From the human T2T-CHM13v2.0 reference genome, Homo sapiens: 64,000 nucleotides of DNA. The stretch is from assembly GCF_009914755.1 (NCBI RefSeq), contig NC_060925.1; one strand, given 5' to 3'. Under the pieces are notes generated by a model. It was given only the letters and a program-made list of their open reading frames with translations, was not told where the DNA came from and made no database searches. The position numbers and the translations under genes are program-made. The stretch's first letter is position 1, and each line of letters opens with the position of its first letter. Of the stretch, positions 42,444 to 57,990 are shown piece by piece.

Positions 42444-45400
42444 ATGGAATCGTCATCGAATGAATTGAATGCAATCATCGAATGGTCTCGAACGGAATCA
42501 TCTTCTAATGGAAAGGAATGGAATCATCGCATAGAATCGAATGGAATTAACATTGAATGGACTCGAATGGAATCAACATCAAACGGAATCAAGCGGAATT
42601 ATCGAATGGAATCGAAGAGAATCATCGAATGGACTCGAATGGAATCATCTAATGGAATGGAATGGAATAATCCACGGACTCGAATGCAATCATCATCGTA
42701 TAGAATCGAATGGAATCATCGAAAGGACTCGAAAGGAATAATCATTGAACGGAATCGAATGGAATCATCATCGGATGGAAACGAATGGAATCATCATCGA
42801 ATGGAAATGAAAGGAGTCATCATCTAATGGAATTGCATGGAATCATCATAAAATGGAATCGAATGGAATCATCATCAAATGGAATCAAATGGAATCATTG
42901 AACGGAATTGAATGGAATCGTCATCGAATGAATTGAATGCAATCATCGAATGGTCTCGAATGGAATCATCTTCAAATGGAATGGAATGGAATCATCGCAT
43001 AGAATCGAATGGAATTATCATCGAATGGAATCGAATGGAATCAACATCAAATGGAAAAAAACGGAATTATCGAATGGAATCGAAGAGAATCATCGAATGG
43101 ACCCGAATGGAATCATCTAATGGAATGGAATGGAATAATCCATGGACACGAATGCAATCATCATCGAATGGAATCGAATGGAATCATCGAATGGACTCGA
43201 ATGGAATAATCATCAAACGGAATCGAATGGAATCATCATCGGATGGAAATGAATAGAATCATCATCGAATGGAATCGAATAGAATTATGGAATGAAATCC
43301 AGTGTGATCATCATCGAATGGACCCGAATGGAATCATCATCCAACGGAAGCTAATGGAATCAACATCGAATGAATCGAATGGAAACACCATCGAATTGAA
43401 ACGAATGGAATTATCATGAAATTGAAATGGATGGACTCATCATCGAATGGATTCGAATGGAATCATCGAATAAAATTGATTGAAATCATCATCAAATGGA
43501 ATCGAATGGTATCATTGAATGGAATCGAATGGAATCATCATCAGATGGAAATGAATGGAATCGTCATAGAATGGAATCGAATGGATTCATTGAATGGAAT
43601 CAGATGGAATCATCGAATGGACTGGAATGGAATCACTGAATGGACTCGAAAGGGATCATCATTGAATGGAATTGAATGGAATCATCGAATGGTCTCGATT
43701 GGAATCATTATCAAATGGAATCGAATGAAATCACCGAATAGAATCGAATGGAACAATCATCGAATGGACTCAAATGGAATTATCTTCAAATGGAATCGAA
43801 TGGAATTATCGAATGCAATCGAATAGAATCATCGAATGGACTCGAATGGAATCATCAAATGGAATGGAATGGAACAGTCAATGAACTCGAATGGAATCAT
43901 CATTGAATGGAATCGAATGGAATCATCGAGTGGAATCGAATGGAATTATGATCAAATGGAATCGAATGTAATCATCATCAAATGGAATCAAAAATAACCA
44001 TCATCAATTGGTATTGTATGGATTTGTCATCAAATGGAATTCAAAGGAATCATCATCAAATGGAACCGAATGGAATCCTCATTGAATGGAAATGAAAGGG
44101 GTCATCATCTAATGGAATCGCATGGAATCATCATCAAATGGAATCGAATGCAATCTTCATCAAATGGAATCTAATGGAATCATTGAACAGAATTGAATGG
44201 AATCGTCATCGAATGAATTGAATGCAATCATCGAATGGTCTCGAATGGAATCATCTTCTAATGGAAAGGAATGGAATCATCGCATAGAATCGAATGGAAT
44301 TAACATTGAATGGACTCGAATGGAATCCACATCAAACGGAATCAAGCGGAATTATCGAATGGAATCGAAGAGAATCATCGAATGGACTCGAATGGAATCA
44401 TCTAATGGAATGGAATGGAATAATCCACGGACTCGAATGCAATCATCATCGTATAGAATCGAATGGAATCATCGAATGGACTCGAATGGAATAATCATTG
44501 AACGGAATCAAATGGAATCATCATCGGATGGAAACGAATGGAATCATCATCGAATGGAAATGAAAAGAGTCATCATCTAATGGAATTGCATGGAATCATC
44601 ATAAAATGGAATCGAATGGAATCAACATCAAATGGAATCAAATGGAATCATTGAACGGAATTGAATGGAATCGTCATCGAATGAATTGAATGCAATCATC
44701 GAATGGTCTCGAATGGAATCATCTTCAAATGGAATGGTATGGAATCCTCGCATAGAATCGAATGTAATTATCATCGAATGGAATCGAATGAAATCAACAA
44801 CAAACGGAAAAAAAAGGAATTATCGAATGGAATCGAAGAGAATCATCGAATGGACCCGAATGGAATGATCTAATGGAATGGAATGGAATAATCCATGGAC
44901 TCGAATGCAATCATCATCGAATGGAATCGAATCGAATCATCGAATGGACTCGAATGGAATAATCATTGAACGGAATCGCATGGAGGCATCATCGGATGGA
45001 ACTGAATGGAATCATCATCGAATGGAATCGAATAGAATTATGGAATGAAATCCAGGGTGATCATCATCGAATGGACCCGAATGGAATCATCATCCCACGG
45101 AAGCTAATGGAATCAACATCGAATGAATCGAATGGAAACACCATCGAATTGAAACGAATGGAATTATCATGAAAGTGAAATGGATGGACTCGTCATCGAA
45201 TGGATTCGAATGGAATCATCGAATAAAATTGATTGAAATCATCATCAAGTGGAATCGAATGGTATCATTGAATGGAATCGAATGGAATCATCAGATGGAA
45301 ATGAATTGAATCGTCATAGAATGGAATCGAATGGATTCATTGAATGGAATCAGATGGAATCATCGAATGGACTGGAATGGAATCATTGAATGGACTCGAA

Positions 45401-46950
45401 AGGGATCATTATTGAATGGAATTGAATGGAATCATCGAATGGTCTCGATTGGAATCATTATCAAATGCAATCGAATGGAATCACCGAATAGAATCGAATG
45501 GAACAATCATCGAATGGACACAAATGGAATTATCCTCAAATGGAATCGAATGGAATTATCGAATGCAATCGAATGGAATTATCGAATGCAATCGAATAGA
45601 ATCATCGAATAGATTCGAATGGAATCATCGAATGGAATGGAATGGAACAGTCAATGAACTCGAATGGAATCATCATTGAATGGAATCAAATGGAATCATC
45701 GAGTGGAATCGAATGGAATTTTGATCAAAAAGAATCGAATGTAATAATCATCAAATGGAATCAAAAATAACCATCATCAATTGGTATTGAATGGAATTGT
45801 CATCAAATGGAATTCAAAGGAATCATCATCAAATGGAACCGAATGGAATCCTCATTGAATGGAAATGAAAGGGGTCATCATCTAATGGAATCACATGGAA
45901 TCATCATCAAATGGAATCGAAAGGAATCATCATCAAATGGAATCTAATGGAATCATTGAACAGAATTGAATGGAATCGTCATCGAATGAATTGAATACAA
46001 TCATCGAATGGTCTCGAATGGAATCATCTTCTAATGGAAAGGAATGGAATCATCGCATAGAATCGAATGGAATTAACATTGAATGGACTCGAATGGAATC
46101 AACATCTAACGGAATCAAGCGGAATTATCGAATGTAATCGAAGAGAACCATCGAATGGACTCGAATGGAATCATCTAATGGAATGGAATGGAATAATCCA
46201 CGGACCCGAATGCAATCATCATCGTATAGAATCGAATGGAATCATTGAATGGACTCGAATGGAATCATCATTGAACGCAATCGAATGGAATCATCATCGG
46301 ATGGAAACGAATGGAATTATCATCGAATGGAAATGAAAGGAGTCATCATCTAATGGAATCGCATGGAATCATCATAAAATGGAATCGAATGGAATCAACA
46401 TCAAATGGAATCAAATGGAATCATTGAACGGAATTGAATGGAATCGTCATCGTATGAATTGAATGCAATCATCGAATGGTCTCGAATGGAATCATCTTCA
46501 AATGGAATGGAATGGAATCATCGCATAGAATCGAATGGAATTATCATCGAATGGAATCGAAAGGTATCAACATCAAACGGAAAAAAACGGAATTATCGAA
46601 TGGAATCGAAGAGAATCATCGAACGGACCCGAATGGAATCATCTAATGGAAAGGAATGGAATAATCCATGGACTCGAATCCAATAATCATCGAATGGAAT
46701 CGAATGGAATCATTGAAAGGACTCTAATGGAATAATCATTGAACGGAATCGAATGGAATCATCATCGAATGGAAACTAATGGAATCATCATCGAATGGAA
46801 ATGAAAGGAGTCATCTAATGGAATTGCACGGAATCAACATAAAATGGAATCGAATGGAATCAACATCAAATGGAATGAAATGGAATCATTGAACGGAATT
46901 GAATGGAATCTTCATCGAATGAATTGAATGCAATCATCGAATGGTCTCGA
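42290..46950 (+). repeat. Diverged ~4.7-kb block, copy 1 (paralog at ~51581-56263)
   Basis: Offset is 9291, then 9313. Shared markers: CGAAAGGACTCGAAAGG, GAATCCACATC, GGTATGGAATCCTCG, GAAAGTGA, AATAGATTCG, GAGAACCATC, GGAGTCATCTAATG, TTGCACGG. Ends are approximate. Confidence 0.88.
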
Positions 46951-48652
46951 ATGGAATCATCTTCTAATGGAAAGTAATGGAATCATCGCATAGAATCGAA
47001 TGGAATTAAAATTGAATGGACTCGAATGGAATCAACATCAAACGGAAAAAAAGGGAATTATCGAATGGAATCGAAGAGAATCATCGAATGGACCCGAATG
47101 GAATCATCTAATGGAATGGAATGGAATAATCCATGGACTCGAATGCAATCATCATCGAATGGAATCGAATGGAATCATCGAATGGACTCGAATGGAATAA
47201 TCATTGAACGGAATCGAATGGAATCATCATCGGATGGAAACGAATGGAATCATCATCGAATGGAAATGAAAGGAGTCATGTAATGGAATTACATGGAATC
47301 ATCATAAAATGGAATTGAATGGAATCAACATCAAATGGAATCCAATGGAATCATTGAACGGAATTGAATGAATCGTCTTCGAATCAATTGAATGCAATCA
47401 TCGAATGGTCTCGAATGGAATCATGTTCAAATGGAATGGAATGGAATCATCGCATAGAATCGAATGTAATTATCGTCGAATGGAATCGAATGAAATCAAC
47501 AACAAACGGAAAAAAAAAGGAATTATCGAATGGAATCAAAGAGAATCATCGAATGGACCCGAATGGAATCATCTAATGGAATGGAATGGAATAATCCATG
47601 GACTCGAATGCAATCATCATCGAATGGACTCGAATGGAATAATCATAGAACGGAATCGAATGGAATCATCATCGGATGGAAATTAATGGAATCATCATCG
47701 AATGGAATCGAATAGAATTATGGAATGAAATCCAGTGTGATCATCATCGAATGCACCCGAATGGAATCATCATCCAACGGAATCTAATGGAAACAACATC
47801 GAATGAATCGAATGGAAACACCATCGAATTGAAACGAGTGGAATTATCATGAAATTGAAATGGATGGACTCATCATCGAATGGATTCGAATGGAATCATC
47901 GAATAAAATTGATTGAAATCATCATCAAATGGAATCGAATGGTATCATTGAATGGAATCGAATGGAATCATCATCAGATGGAAATGAATGGAATCGTCAT
48001 AGAATGGAATCGAATGGATTCATTGAATGGAATCAGATGGAATCATCGAATGGACTGGAATGGAATCATTGAATGGACTCGAGAGGGATCATTATTGAAT
48101 GGAATTGAATGGAATCATGGAATGGTCTCGATTGGAATCATTATCAAATGGAATCGAATGGAATCACCGAACAGAATCGAATGGAACCATCATCGAATGG
48201 ACTCCAATGGAATTATCCTCAAATGGAATCGAATGGAATTATCGAATGCAATCGAATGGAATTATCGAATGCAGTCGAATAGAATCATCGAATGGACTCG
48301 AATGGAATCATCGAATGGAATGGAATGGAACAGTCAATGAACTCGAATGGAATCATCATTGAATGGAATCGAATGGAATCATCGAGTGGAATCGAATGGA
48401 ATTATGATCAAATGGAATCGAATGTAATCATCATCAAATGGAATCAAAGATAACCATCATCAATTGGTATTGAATGGAATTGTCATCAAATGGAATTCAA
48501 AGGAATCTTCACCAAATGGAACCGAAAGGAATCCTCATTGAATGGAAATGAAAGGGGTCATCATCTAATGGAATCGCATGCAATCATCATCAAATGGAAT
48601 CGAATGGAATCATCATCAGATGGAATCTAATGGAATCATTGAACAGAATTGA
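46950..48652 (+). repeat. A+B pair duplicated non-adjacently at ~50008-51734
   Basis: Shared GGAAAGTAATGG, GAATTAAAATTG, GAATCAATTG, ATCATGTTCAAA, GGAAACAACATC, GAGAGGGATC, GGACTCCAATGG and CAAAGATAACC at an offset of 3058-3084. Confidence 0.85.
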
Positions 48653-51580
48653 ATGGAATCGTCATCGAATGAATTGAATGCAATCATCGAATGGTCTCGA
48701 ATGGAATCATCTTCAAATGGAATGGAATGGAATCATCGCATAGAATCGAATGGAATTATCATCGAATGGAATCGAATGGAATCAACATCAAACGGAAAAA
48801 AACGGAATTATCGAATGGAATCGAAGAGAATCATAGAATGGTCCCGAATGGAATCGTCTAATGGAATGGAATGGAATAATCCATGGACTCGAATGCAATC
48901 ATCATCGAATGGAATCGAATGGAATCATCGAATGGACTCGAATGGAATAATCATTGAACGGAATCGAATGGAATCATCATCGGATGGAAATGAATGGAAT
49001 CATTATCGAATGGAATCGAATAGAATTATGGAATGAAATCCAGTGTCATCATCATCGAATGGACCTGAATGGAATCATCATCCAACGGAAGCTAATGGAA
49101 TCAACATCGAATGAATCGAATGGAAACACCATCGAATTGAAACGAGTGGAATTATCATGAAATTGAAATGGATGGACTCATCATCGAATGGATTCGAATG
49201 GAATCATCGAATAAAATTGATTGAAATCATCATCAAATGGAATCGAATGGTAGCATTGAATGGAATCGAATGGAATCATCATCAGATGGAAATGAATGGA
49301 ATCGTCATAGAATGGAATCCAATGGATTCATTGAATGGAATCAGATGGAATCTTCGAATGGACTGGAATGGAATCATTGAATGGACTCAAAAGGGATCAT
49401 TATTGAATGGAATTGAATGGAATCATCGAATGGTCTCGATTGGAATCATTATCAAATGGAATCGAATGGAATCACCGAATAGAATCGAATGGAACAATCA
49501 TCGAATGGACTCAAATGAAATTATCCTCAAGTGGAATCGAATGGAATTATCGAATGCAATCGAATGGAATTATCGAATGCAATCGAATAGAATCATCGAA
49601 TGGACTCGAATGGAATCATCGAATGGAATGGAATGGAACAGTCAATGAACTCGAATGGAATCATCATTGAATGGAATCGAATGGAATCATCGAGTGGAAT
49701 CGAATGGAATTATGATCAAATGGAATCGAATGTAATCATCATCAAATGGAATCAAAAATAACCATCATCAATTGGTATTCAATGGAATTGTCATCAAATG
49801 GAATTCAAAGGTATCATCATCAAATGGAACCGAATGGAATCCTCATTGAATGGAAATGAAAGGGGTCATCATCTAATGGAATCGCATGGAATCATCATCA
49901 AATGGAATCGAATGGAATCATCATCAAATGGAATCTGATGGAATCATTGAACAGAATTGAATGGAATCGTCATCGAATGAATTGAATGCAATCATCGAAT
50001 GGTCTCGAATGGAATCATCTTCTAATGGAAAGTAATGGAATCATCGCATAGAATCGAATGGAATTAAAATTGAATGGACTCGAATGGAATCAACATCAAA
50101 CGGAAAAAAACGGAATTATCGAATGGAATCGAAGAGAATCATCGAACGGACCCGAATGGAATCATCTAATGGAATGGAATGGAATAATCCATGGACTCGA
50201 ATGCAATCATCATCGAATGGAATCGAATGGAATCATCGAATGGACTCGAATGGAATAATCATTGAACGGAATCGAATGGAATCATCATCGGATGGAAAAG
50301 AATGGAATCATCATCGAATGGAAATGAAAGGAGTCATCATCTAATGGAATTGCATGGAATCATCATAAAATGGAATCGAATGGAATCAACATCAAATGGA
50401 ATCCAATGGAATCATTGAACGGAATTGAATGGAATCGTCATCGAATCAATTGAATGCAATCATCGAATGGTCTCGAATGGAATCATGTTCAAATGGAATG
50501 GAATGGAATCATCGCATAGAATCGAATGTAATTATCATCGAATGGAATCGAATGAAATCAACAACAAACGGAAAAAAAAGGAATTATCGAATGGAATCAA
50601 AGAGAATCATCGAATGGACACGAATGGAATCATCTAATGGAAGGGAATGGAATAATCCATGGACTCGAATGCAATCATCATCGAATGGAATCGAATGGAA
50701 TCATCGAATGGACTCGAATGGAATAATCATAGAACGGAATCGAATGGAATCATCATCGGATGGAAATGAATGGAATCACCATCGAATGGAATCGAATAGA
50801 ATTATGGTATGAAATCCAGTGTGATCATCATCGAATGGACCCGAAGGGAATCATCATCCAACGGAAGCTAATGGAAACAACATCGAATGAATCGAATGGA
50901 AACACCATCGAATTGAAACGAGTGGAATTATCATGAAATTGAAATGGATGGACTCATCATCGAATGGATTCGAATGGAATCATCGAATAAAATTGATTGA
51001 AATCATCATCAAATGGAATCGAATGGTATCATTGAATGGAATCGAATGGAATCATCATCAGATGGAAATGAATGGAATCGTCATAGAATGGAATCGAATG
51101 GATTCATTGAATGGAATCAGATGGAATCATCGAATGGACTGGAATGGAATCATTGAATGGACTCGAGAGGGATCATTATTGAATGGATGAATGGAATCAT
51201 GGAATGGTCTCGATTGGAATCATTATCAAATGGAATCGAATGGAATCACCGAATAGAATCGAATGGAACAATCATCGAATGGACTCCAATGGAATTATCC
51301 TCAAATGGAATCGAATGGAATTATCGAATGCAATCGAATGGAATTATCGAATGCAATCGAATAGAATCATCGAATGGACTCGAATGGAATCATCGAATGG
51401 AATGGAATGGAACAGTCAATGAACTCGAATGGAATCATCATTGAATGGAATCGAATGGAATCATCGAGTGGAATCGAATGGAATTATGATCAAATGGAAT
51501 CGAATGTAATCATCATCAAATGGAATCAAAGATAACCATCATCAATTGGTATTGAATGGAATTGTCATCAAATGGAATTC

Positions 51581-54500
51581 AAAGGAATCATCACCAAATG
51601 GAACCGAAAGGAATCCTCATTGAATGGAAATGAAAGGGGTCATCATCTAATGGAATCGCATGGAATCATCATCAAATGGAATCGAATGGAATCATCATCA
51701 GATGGAATCTAATGGAATCATTGAACAGAATTGAATGGAATCGTCATCGAATGAATTGAATGCAATCATCGAATGGTCTCGAACGGAATCATCTTCTAAT
51801 GGAAAGGAATGGAATCATCGCATAGAATCGAATGGAATTAACATTGAATGGACTCGAATGGAATCAACATCAAACGGAATCAAGCGGAATTATCGAATGG
51901 AATCGAAGAGAATCATCGAATGGACTCGAATGGAATCATCTAATGGAATGGAATGGAATAATCCACGGACTCGAATGCAATCATCATCGTATAGAATCGA
52001 ATGGAATCATCGAAAGGACTCGAAAGGAATAATCATTGAACGGAATCGAATGGAATCATCATCGGATGGAAACTAATGGAATCATCATCGAATGGAAATG
52101 AAAGGAGTCATCATCTAATGGAATTGCATGGAATCATCATAAAATGGAATCGAATGGAATCATCATCAAATGGAATCAAATGGAATCATTGAACGGAATT
52201 GAATGGAATCGTCATCGAATGAATTGAATGCAATCATCCAATGGTCTCGAATGTAATCATCTTCAAATGGAATGGAATGGAATCATCGCATAGAATCGAA
52301 TGGAATTATCATCGAATGGAATCGAATGGAATCAACATCAAATGGAAAAAAACGGAATTATCGAATGGAATCGAAGAGAATCATCGAATGGACCCGAATG
52401 GAATCATCTAATGGAATGGAATGGAATAATCCATGAACTCGAATGCAATCATCATCGAATGGAATCGAATGGAATCATCGAATGGACTCGAATGGAATAA
52501 TCATCAAACGGAATCGAATGGAATCATCATCGGATGGAAATGAATAGAATCATCATCGAATGGAATCGAATAGAATTATGGAATGAAATCCAGTGTGATC
52601 ATCATCGAATGGACCCGAATGGAATCATCATCCAACGGAAGCTAATGGAATCAACATCGAATGAATCGAATGGAAACACCATCGAATTGAAACGAATGGA
52701 ATTATCATGAAATTGAAATGGATGGACTCATCATCGAATGGATTCGAATGGAATCATCGAATAAAATTGATTGAAATCATCATCAAATGGAATCGAATGG
52801 TATCATTGAATGGAATCGAATGGAATCATCATCAGATGGAAATGAATGGAATCGTCATAGAATGGAATCGAATGGATTCATTGAGTGGAATCAGATGGAA
52901 TCATCGAATGGACTGGAATGGAATCACTGAATGGACTCGAAAGGGATCATCATTGAATGGAATTGAATGGAATCATCGAATGGTCTCGATTGGAATCATT
53001 ATCAAATGGAATCGAATGAAATCACCGAATAGAATCGAATGGAACAATCATCGAATGGACTCAAATGGAATTATCTTCAAATGGAATCGAATGGAATTAT
53101 CGAATGCAATCGAATGGAATTATCGAATGCAATCGAATAGAATCATCGAATGGACTCGAATGGAATCATCAAATGGAATGGAATGGAACAGTCAATGAAC
53201 TCGAATGGAATCATCATTGAATGGAATCGAATGGAATCATCGAGTGGAATCGAATGGAATTATGATCAAATGGAATCGAATGTAATCATCATCAAATGGA
53301 ATCAAAAATAACCATCATCAATTGGTATTGAATGGATTTGTCATCAAATGGAATTCAAAGGAATCATCATCAAATGAACCGAATGGAATCCTCATTGAAT
53401 GGAAATGAAAGGGGTCATCATCTAATGGAATCGCATGGAATCATCATCAAATGGAATCGAATGCAATCTTCATCAAATGGAATCTAATGGAATCATTGAA
53501 CAGAATTGAATGGAATCGTCATCGAATGAATTGAATGCAATCATCGAATGGTCTCGAATGGAAACATCTTCTAATGGAAAGGAATGGAATCATCGCATAG
53601 AATCGAATGGAATTAACATTGAATGGACTCGAATGGAATCCACATCAAACGGAATCAAGCGGAATTATCGAATGGAATCGAAGAGAATCATCCAATGGAC
53701 TCGAATGGAATCATCTAATGGAATGGAATGGAATAATCCACGGACTCGAATGCTATCATCATCGTATAGAATCGAATGGAATCATCGAATGGACTCGAAT
53801 GGAATAATCATTGAACGGAATCAAATGGAATCATCATCGGATGGAAACGAATGGAATCATCATCGAATGGAAATGAAAAGAGTTATCATCTAATGGAATT
53901 GCATGGAATCATCATAAAATGGAATCGAATGGAATCAACATCAAATGGAATCAAATGGAATCATTGAACGGAATTGAATGGAATCGTCATCGAATGAATT
54001 GAATGCAATCATCGAATGGTCTCGAATGGAATCATCTTCAAATGGAATGGTATGGAATCCTCGCATAGAATCGAATGTAATTATCATCGAATGGAATCGA
54101 ATGAAATCAACAACAAACGGAAAAAAAAGGAATTATCGAATGGAATCGAAGAGAATCATCGAATGGACCCGAATGGAATGATCTAATGGAATGGAATGGA
54201 ATAATCCATGGACTCGAATGCAATCATCATCGAATGGAATCGAATCGAATCATCGAATGGACTCGAATGGAATAATCATTGAACGGAATCGCATGGAGTC
54301 ATCATCGGATGGAACTGAATGGAATCATCATCGAATGGAATCGAATAGAATTATGGAATGAAATCCAGTGTGATCAGCATCGAATGGACCCGAATGGAAT
54401 CATCATCCAACGGAAGCTAATGGAATCAACATCGAATGAATCGAATGGAAACACCATCGAATTGAAACGAATGGAATTATCATGAAAGTGATATGGATGG

Positions 54501-56263
54501 ACTCGTCATCGAATGGATTCGAATGGAATCATCGAATAAAATTGATTGAAATCATCATCAAGTGGAATCGAATGGTATCATTGAATGGAATCGAATGGAA
54601 TCATCAGATGGAAATGAATTGAATCGTCATAGAATGGAATCGAATGGATTCATTGAATGGAATCAGATGGAATCATCGAATGGACTGGAATGGAATCATT
54701 GAATGGACTCGAAAGGGATCATTATTGAATGGAATTGAATGGAATCATCGAATGGTCTCGATTGGAATCATTATCAAATGGAATCGAATGGAATCACCGA
54801 ATAGAATCGAATGGAACAATCATCGAATGGACACAAATGGTATTATCCTCAAATGGAATCGAATGGAATTATCGAATGCAATCGAATGGAATTATCGAAT
54901 GCAATCGAATAGAATCATCGAATAGATTCGAATGGAATCATCGAATGGAATGGAATGGAACAGTCAATGAACTCGAATGGAATCATCATTGAATGGAATC
55001 GAATGGAATCATCGAGTGGAATCGAATGGAATTTGGATCAAAAGGAATCGAATGTAATCATCATCAAATGGAATCAAAAATAACAATCATCAATTGGTAT
55101 TGAATGGAATTGTCATCAAATGGAATTCAAAGGAATCATCATCAAATGGAACCGAATGGAATCCTCATTGAATGGAAATGAAAGGGGTCATCATCTAATG
55201 GAATCACATGGAATCATCATCAAATGGAATCGAAAGGAATCATCATCAAATGGAATCTAATGGAATCATTGAACAGAATTGAATGGAATCGTCATCGAAT
55301 GAATTGAATACAATCATCGAATGGTCTCGAATGGAATCATCTTCTAATGGAAAGGAATGGAATCATCGCATAGAATCGAATGGAATTAACATTGAATGGA
55401 CTCGAATGGAATCAACATCTAACGGAATCAAGCGGAATTATCGAATGTAATCGAAGAGAACCATCGAATGGACTCGAATGGAATCATCTAATGGAATGGA
55501 ATGGAATAATCCACGGACTCGAATGCAATCATCATCGTATAGAATCGAATGGAATCATTGAATGGACTCGAATGGAATCATCATTGAACGGAATCGAATG
55601 GAATCATCATCGGATGGAAACGAATGGAATTATCATCGAATGGAAATGAAAGGAGTCATCATCTAATGGAATCGCATGGAATCATCATAAAATGGAATTG
55701 AATGGAATCAACATCAAATGGAATCAAATGGAATCATTGAACGGAATTGAATGGAATCGTCATCGAATGAATTGAATGCAATCATCGAATGGTCTCGAAT
55801 GGAATCATCTTCAAATGGAATGGAATGGAATCATCGCATAGAATCGAATGGAATTATCATCGAATGGAATCGAAAGGTATCAACATCAAACGGAAAAAAA
55901 CGGAATTATCGAATGGAATCGAAGAGAATCATCGAACGGACCCGAATGGAATCATCTAATGGAAAGGAATGGAATAATCCATGGACTGGAATCCAATCAT
56001 CATCGAATGGAATCGAATGGAATCATTGAAAGGACTCTAATGGAATAATCATTGAACGGAATCGAATGGAATCATCATCGAATGGAAACTAATGGAATCA
56101 TCATCGAATGGAAATGAAAGGAGTCATCTAATGGAATTGCACGGAATCAACATAAAATGGAATCGAATGGAATCAACATCAAATGGAATGAAATGGAATC
56201 ATTGAACGGAATTGAATGGAATCTTCATCGAATGAATTGAATGCAATCATCGAATGGTCTCGA
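51581..56263 (+). repeat. Diverged ~4.7-kb block, copy 2
   Basis: Module starts 51735, 53510, 53978, 55751 and 56216 correspond to 42444, 44197, 44665, 46438 and 46903. Confidence 0.88.
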
Positions 56264-57990
56264 ATGGAATCATCTTCAAATGGAATGGAATGGAATCATC
56301 GCATAGAATTGAATGGAATTATCATCGAATGGAATCGAATGGAATCAACATCAAACGGAAAAAAACGGAATTATCGAATGGAATCGAAGAGAATCATAGA
56401 ATGGTCCAGAATGGAATCATCTAATGGAATGGAATGGAATAATCCATGGACTCGAATGCAATCATCATCTAATGGAATCGAATGGAATCATCGAATGGAC
56501 TCGAATGGAATAATCATTGAACGGAATCGAATGGAATCATCATCGGATGGAAATGAATGGAATCATTATCGAATGGAATCGAATAGAATTATGGAATGAA
56601 ATCCAGTGTCATCATCATCGAATGGACCCGAATGGAATCATCATCCAACGGAAGCTAATGGAATCAACATCGAATGAATCGAATGGAAACACCATCGAAT
56701 TGAAACGAGTGGAATTATCATGAAATTGAAATGGATGGACTCATCATCGAATGGATTCGAATGGAATCATCGAATAAAATTGATTGAAATCGTCATCAAA
56801 TGGAATCGAATGGAAGCATTGAGTGGAATCGAATGGAATCATCATCAGATGGAAATGAATGGAATCGTCATAGAATGGAATCGAATGGATTCATTGAATG
56901 GAATCAGATGGAATCTTCGAATGGACTGGAATGGAATCATTGAATGGACTCGAAAGGGATCATTATTGAATGGAATTGAATGGAATCATCGAATGGTCTC
57001 GATTGGAATCATTATCAAATGGAATCGAATGGAATCACCGAATAGAATCGAATGGAACAATCATCGAATGGACTCAAATGAAATTATCCTCAAGTGGAAT
57101 CGAATGGAATTATCGAATGCAATCGAATGGAATTATCGAATGCAATCGAATAGAATCATCGAATGGACTCGAATGTAATCATCAAATGGAATGGAATGGA
57201 ACAGTCAATGAACTCGAATGGAATCATCATTGAATGGAATCGAATGGAATCATCGAGTGGAATCAAATGGAATTATGATCAAATGGAATCGAATGTAATC
57301 ATCATCAAATGGAATCAAAAATAACCATCATCAATTGGTATTCAATGGAATTGTCATCAAATGGAATTCAAAGGTATCATCATCAAATGGAACCGAATGG
57401 AATCCTCATTGAATGGAAATGAAAGGGGTCATCATCTAATGGAATCGCATGGAATCATCATCAAATGGAATCGAATGGAATCATCATCAAATGGAATCTA
57501 ATGGAATCATTGAAAGAATTGAATGGAATCGTCATCGAATGAATTGAATGCAATCATCGAATGGTCTCGAATGGAATCATCTTCTAATGGAAAGGAATGG
57601 AATCATCGCATAGAATCGAATGGAATTATCATCGAATGGAATCGAATGGTATCAACACCAAAAGGAAAAAAACGGAATTATGGAATGGAATCGAAGAGAA
57701 TCTTCGAACGGAACCGAATGGAATCATCTAATGGAATGGAATGGAATAATCCATGGACTCGAATGCAATCATCAACGAATGGAATCGAATGGAATCATCG
57801 AATGGACTCGAATGGAATAATCATTGAACGGAATCGAATGGAATCATCATCGGATGGAAACGAATGGAATCATCATCGAATGGAAATGAAAGGAGTCATC
57901 ATCTAATGGAATTGCATGGAATCATCATCAAATGGAATCGAATGGAATCAACATCAAATGGAATCAAATGGAATCATTGAACGGAATTGA

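Noticed and set aside
42444-44196. Apparent fourth copy of the 4612-bp HOR (44197-39585 = 4612)
   Set aside because: The length matches only because of a separate 23-bp loss. The markers differ (variant A, TCTTCAAAT) and no A' module follows.
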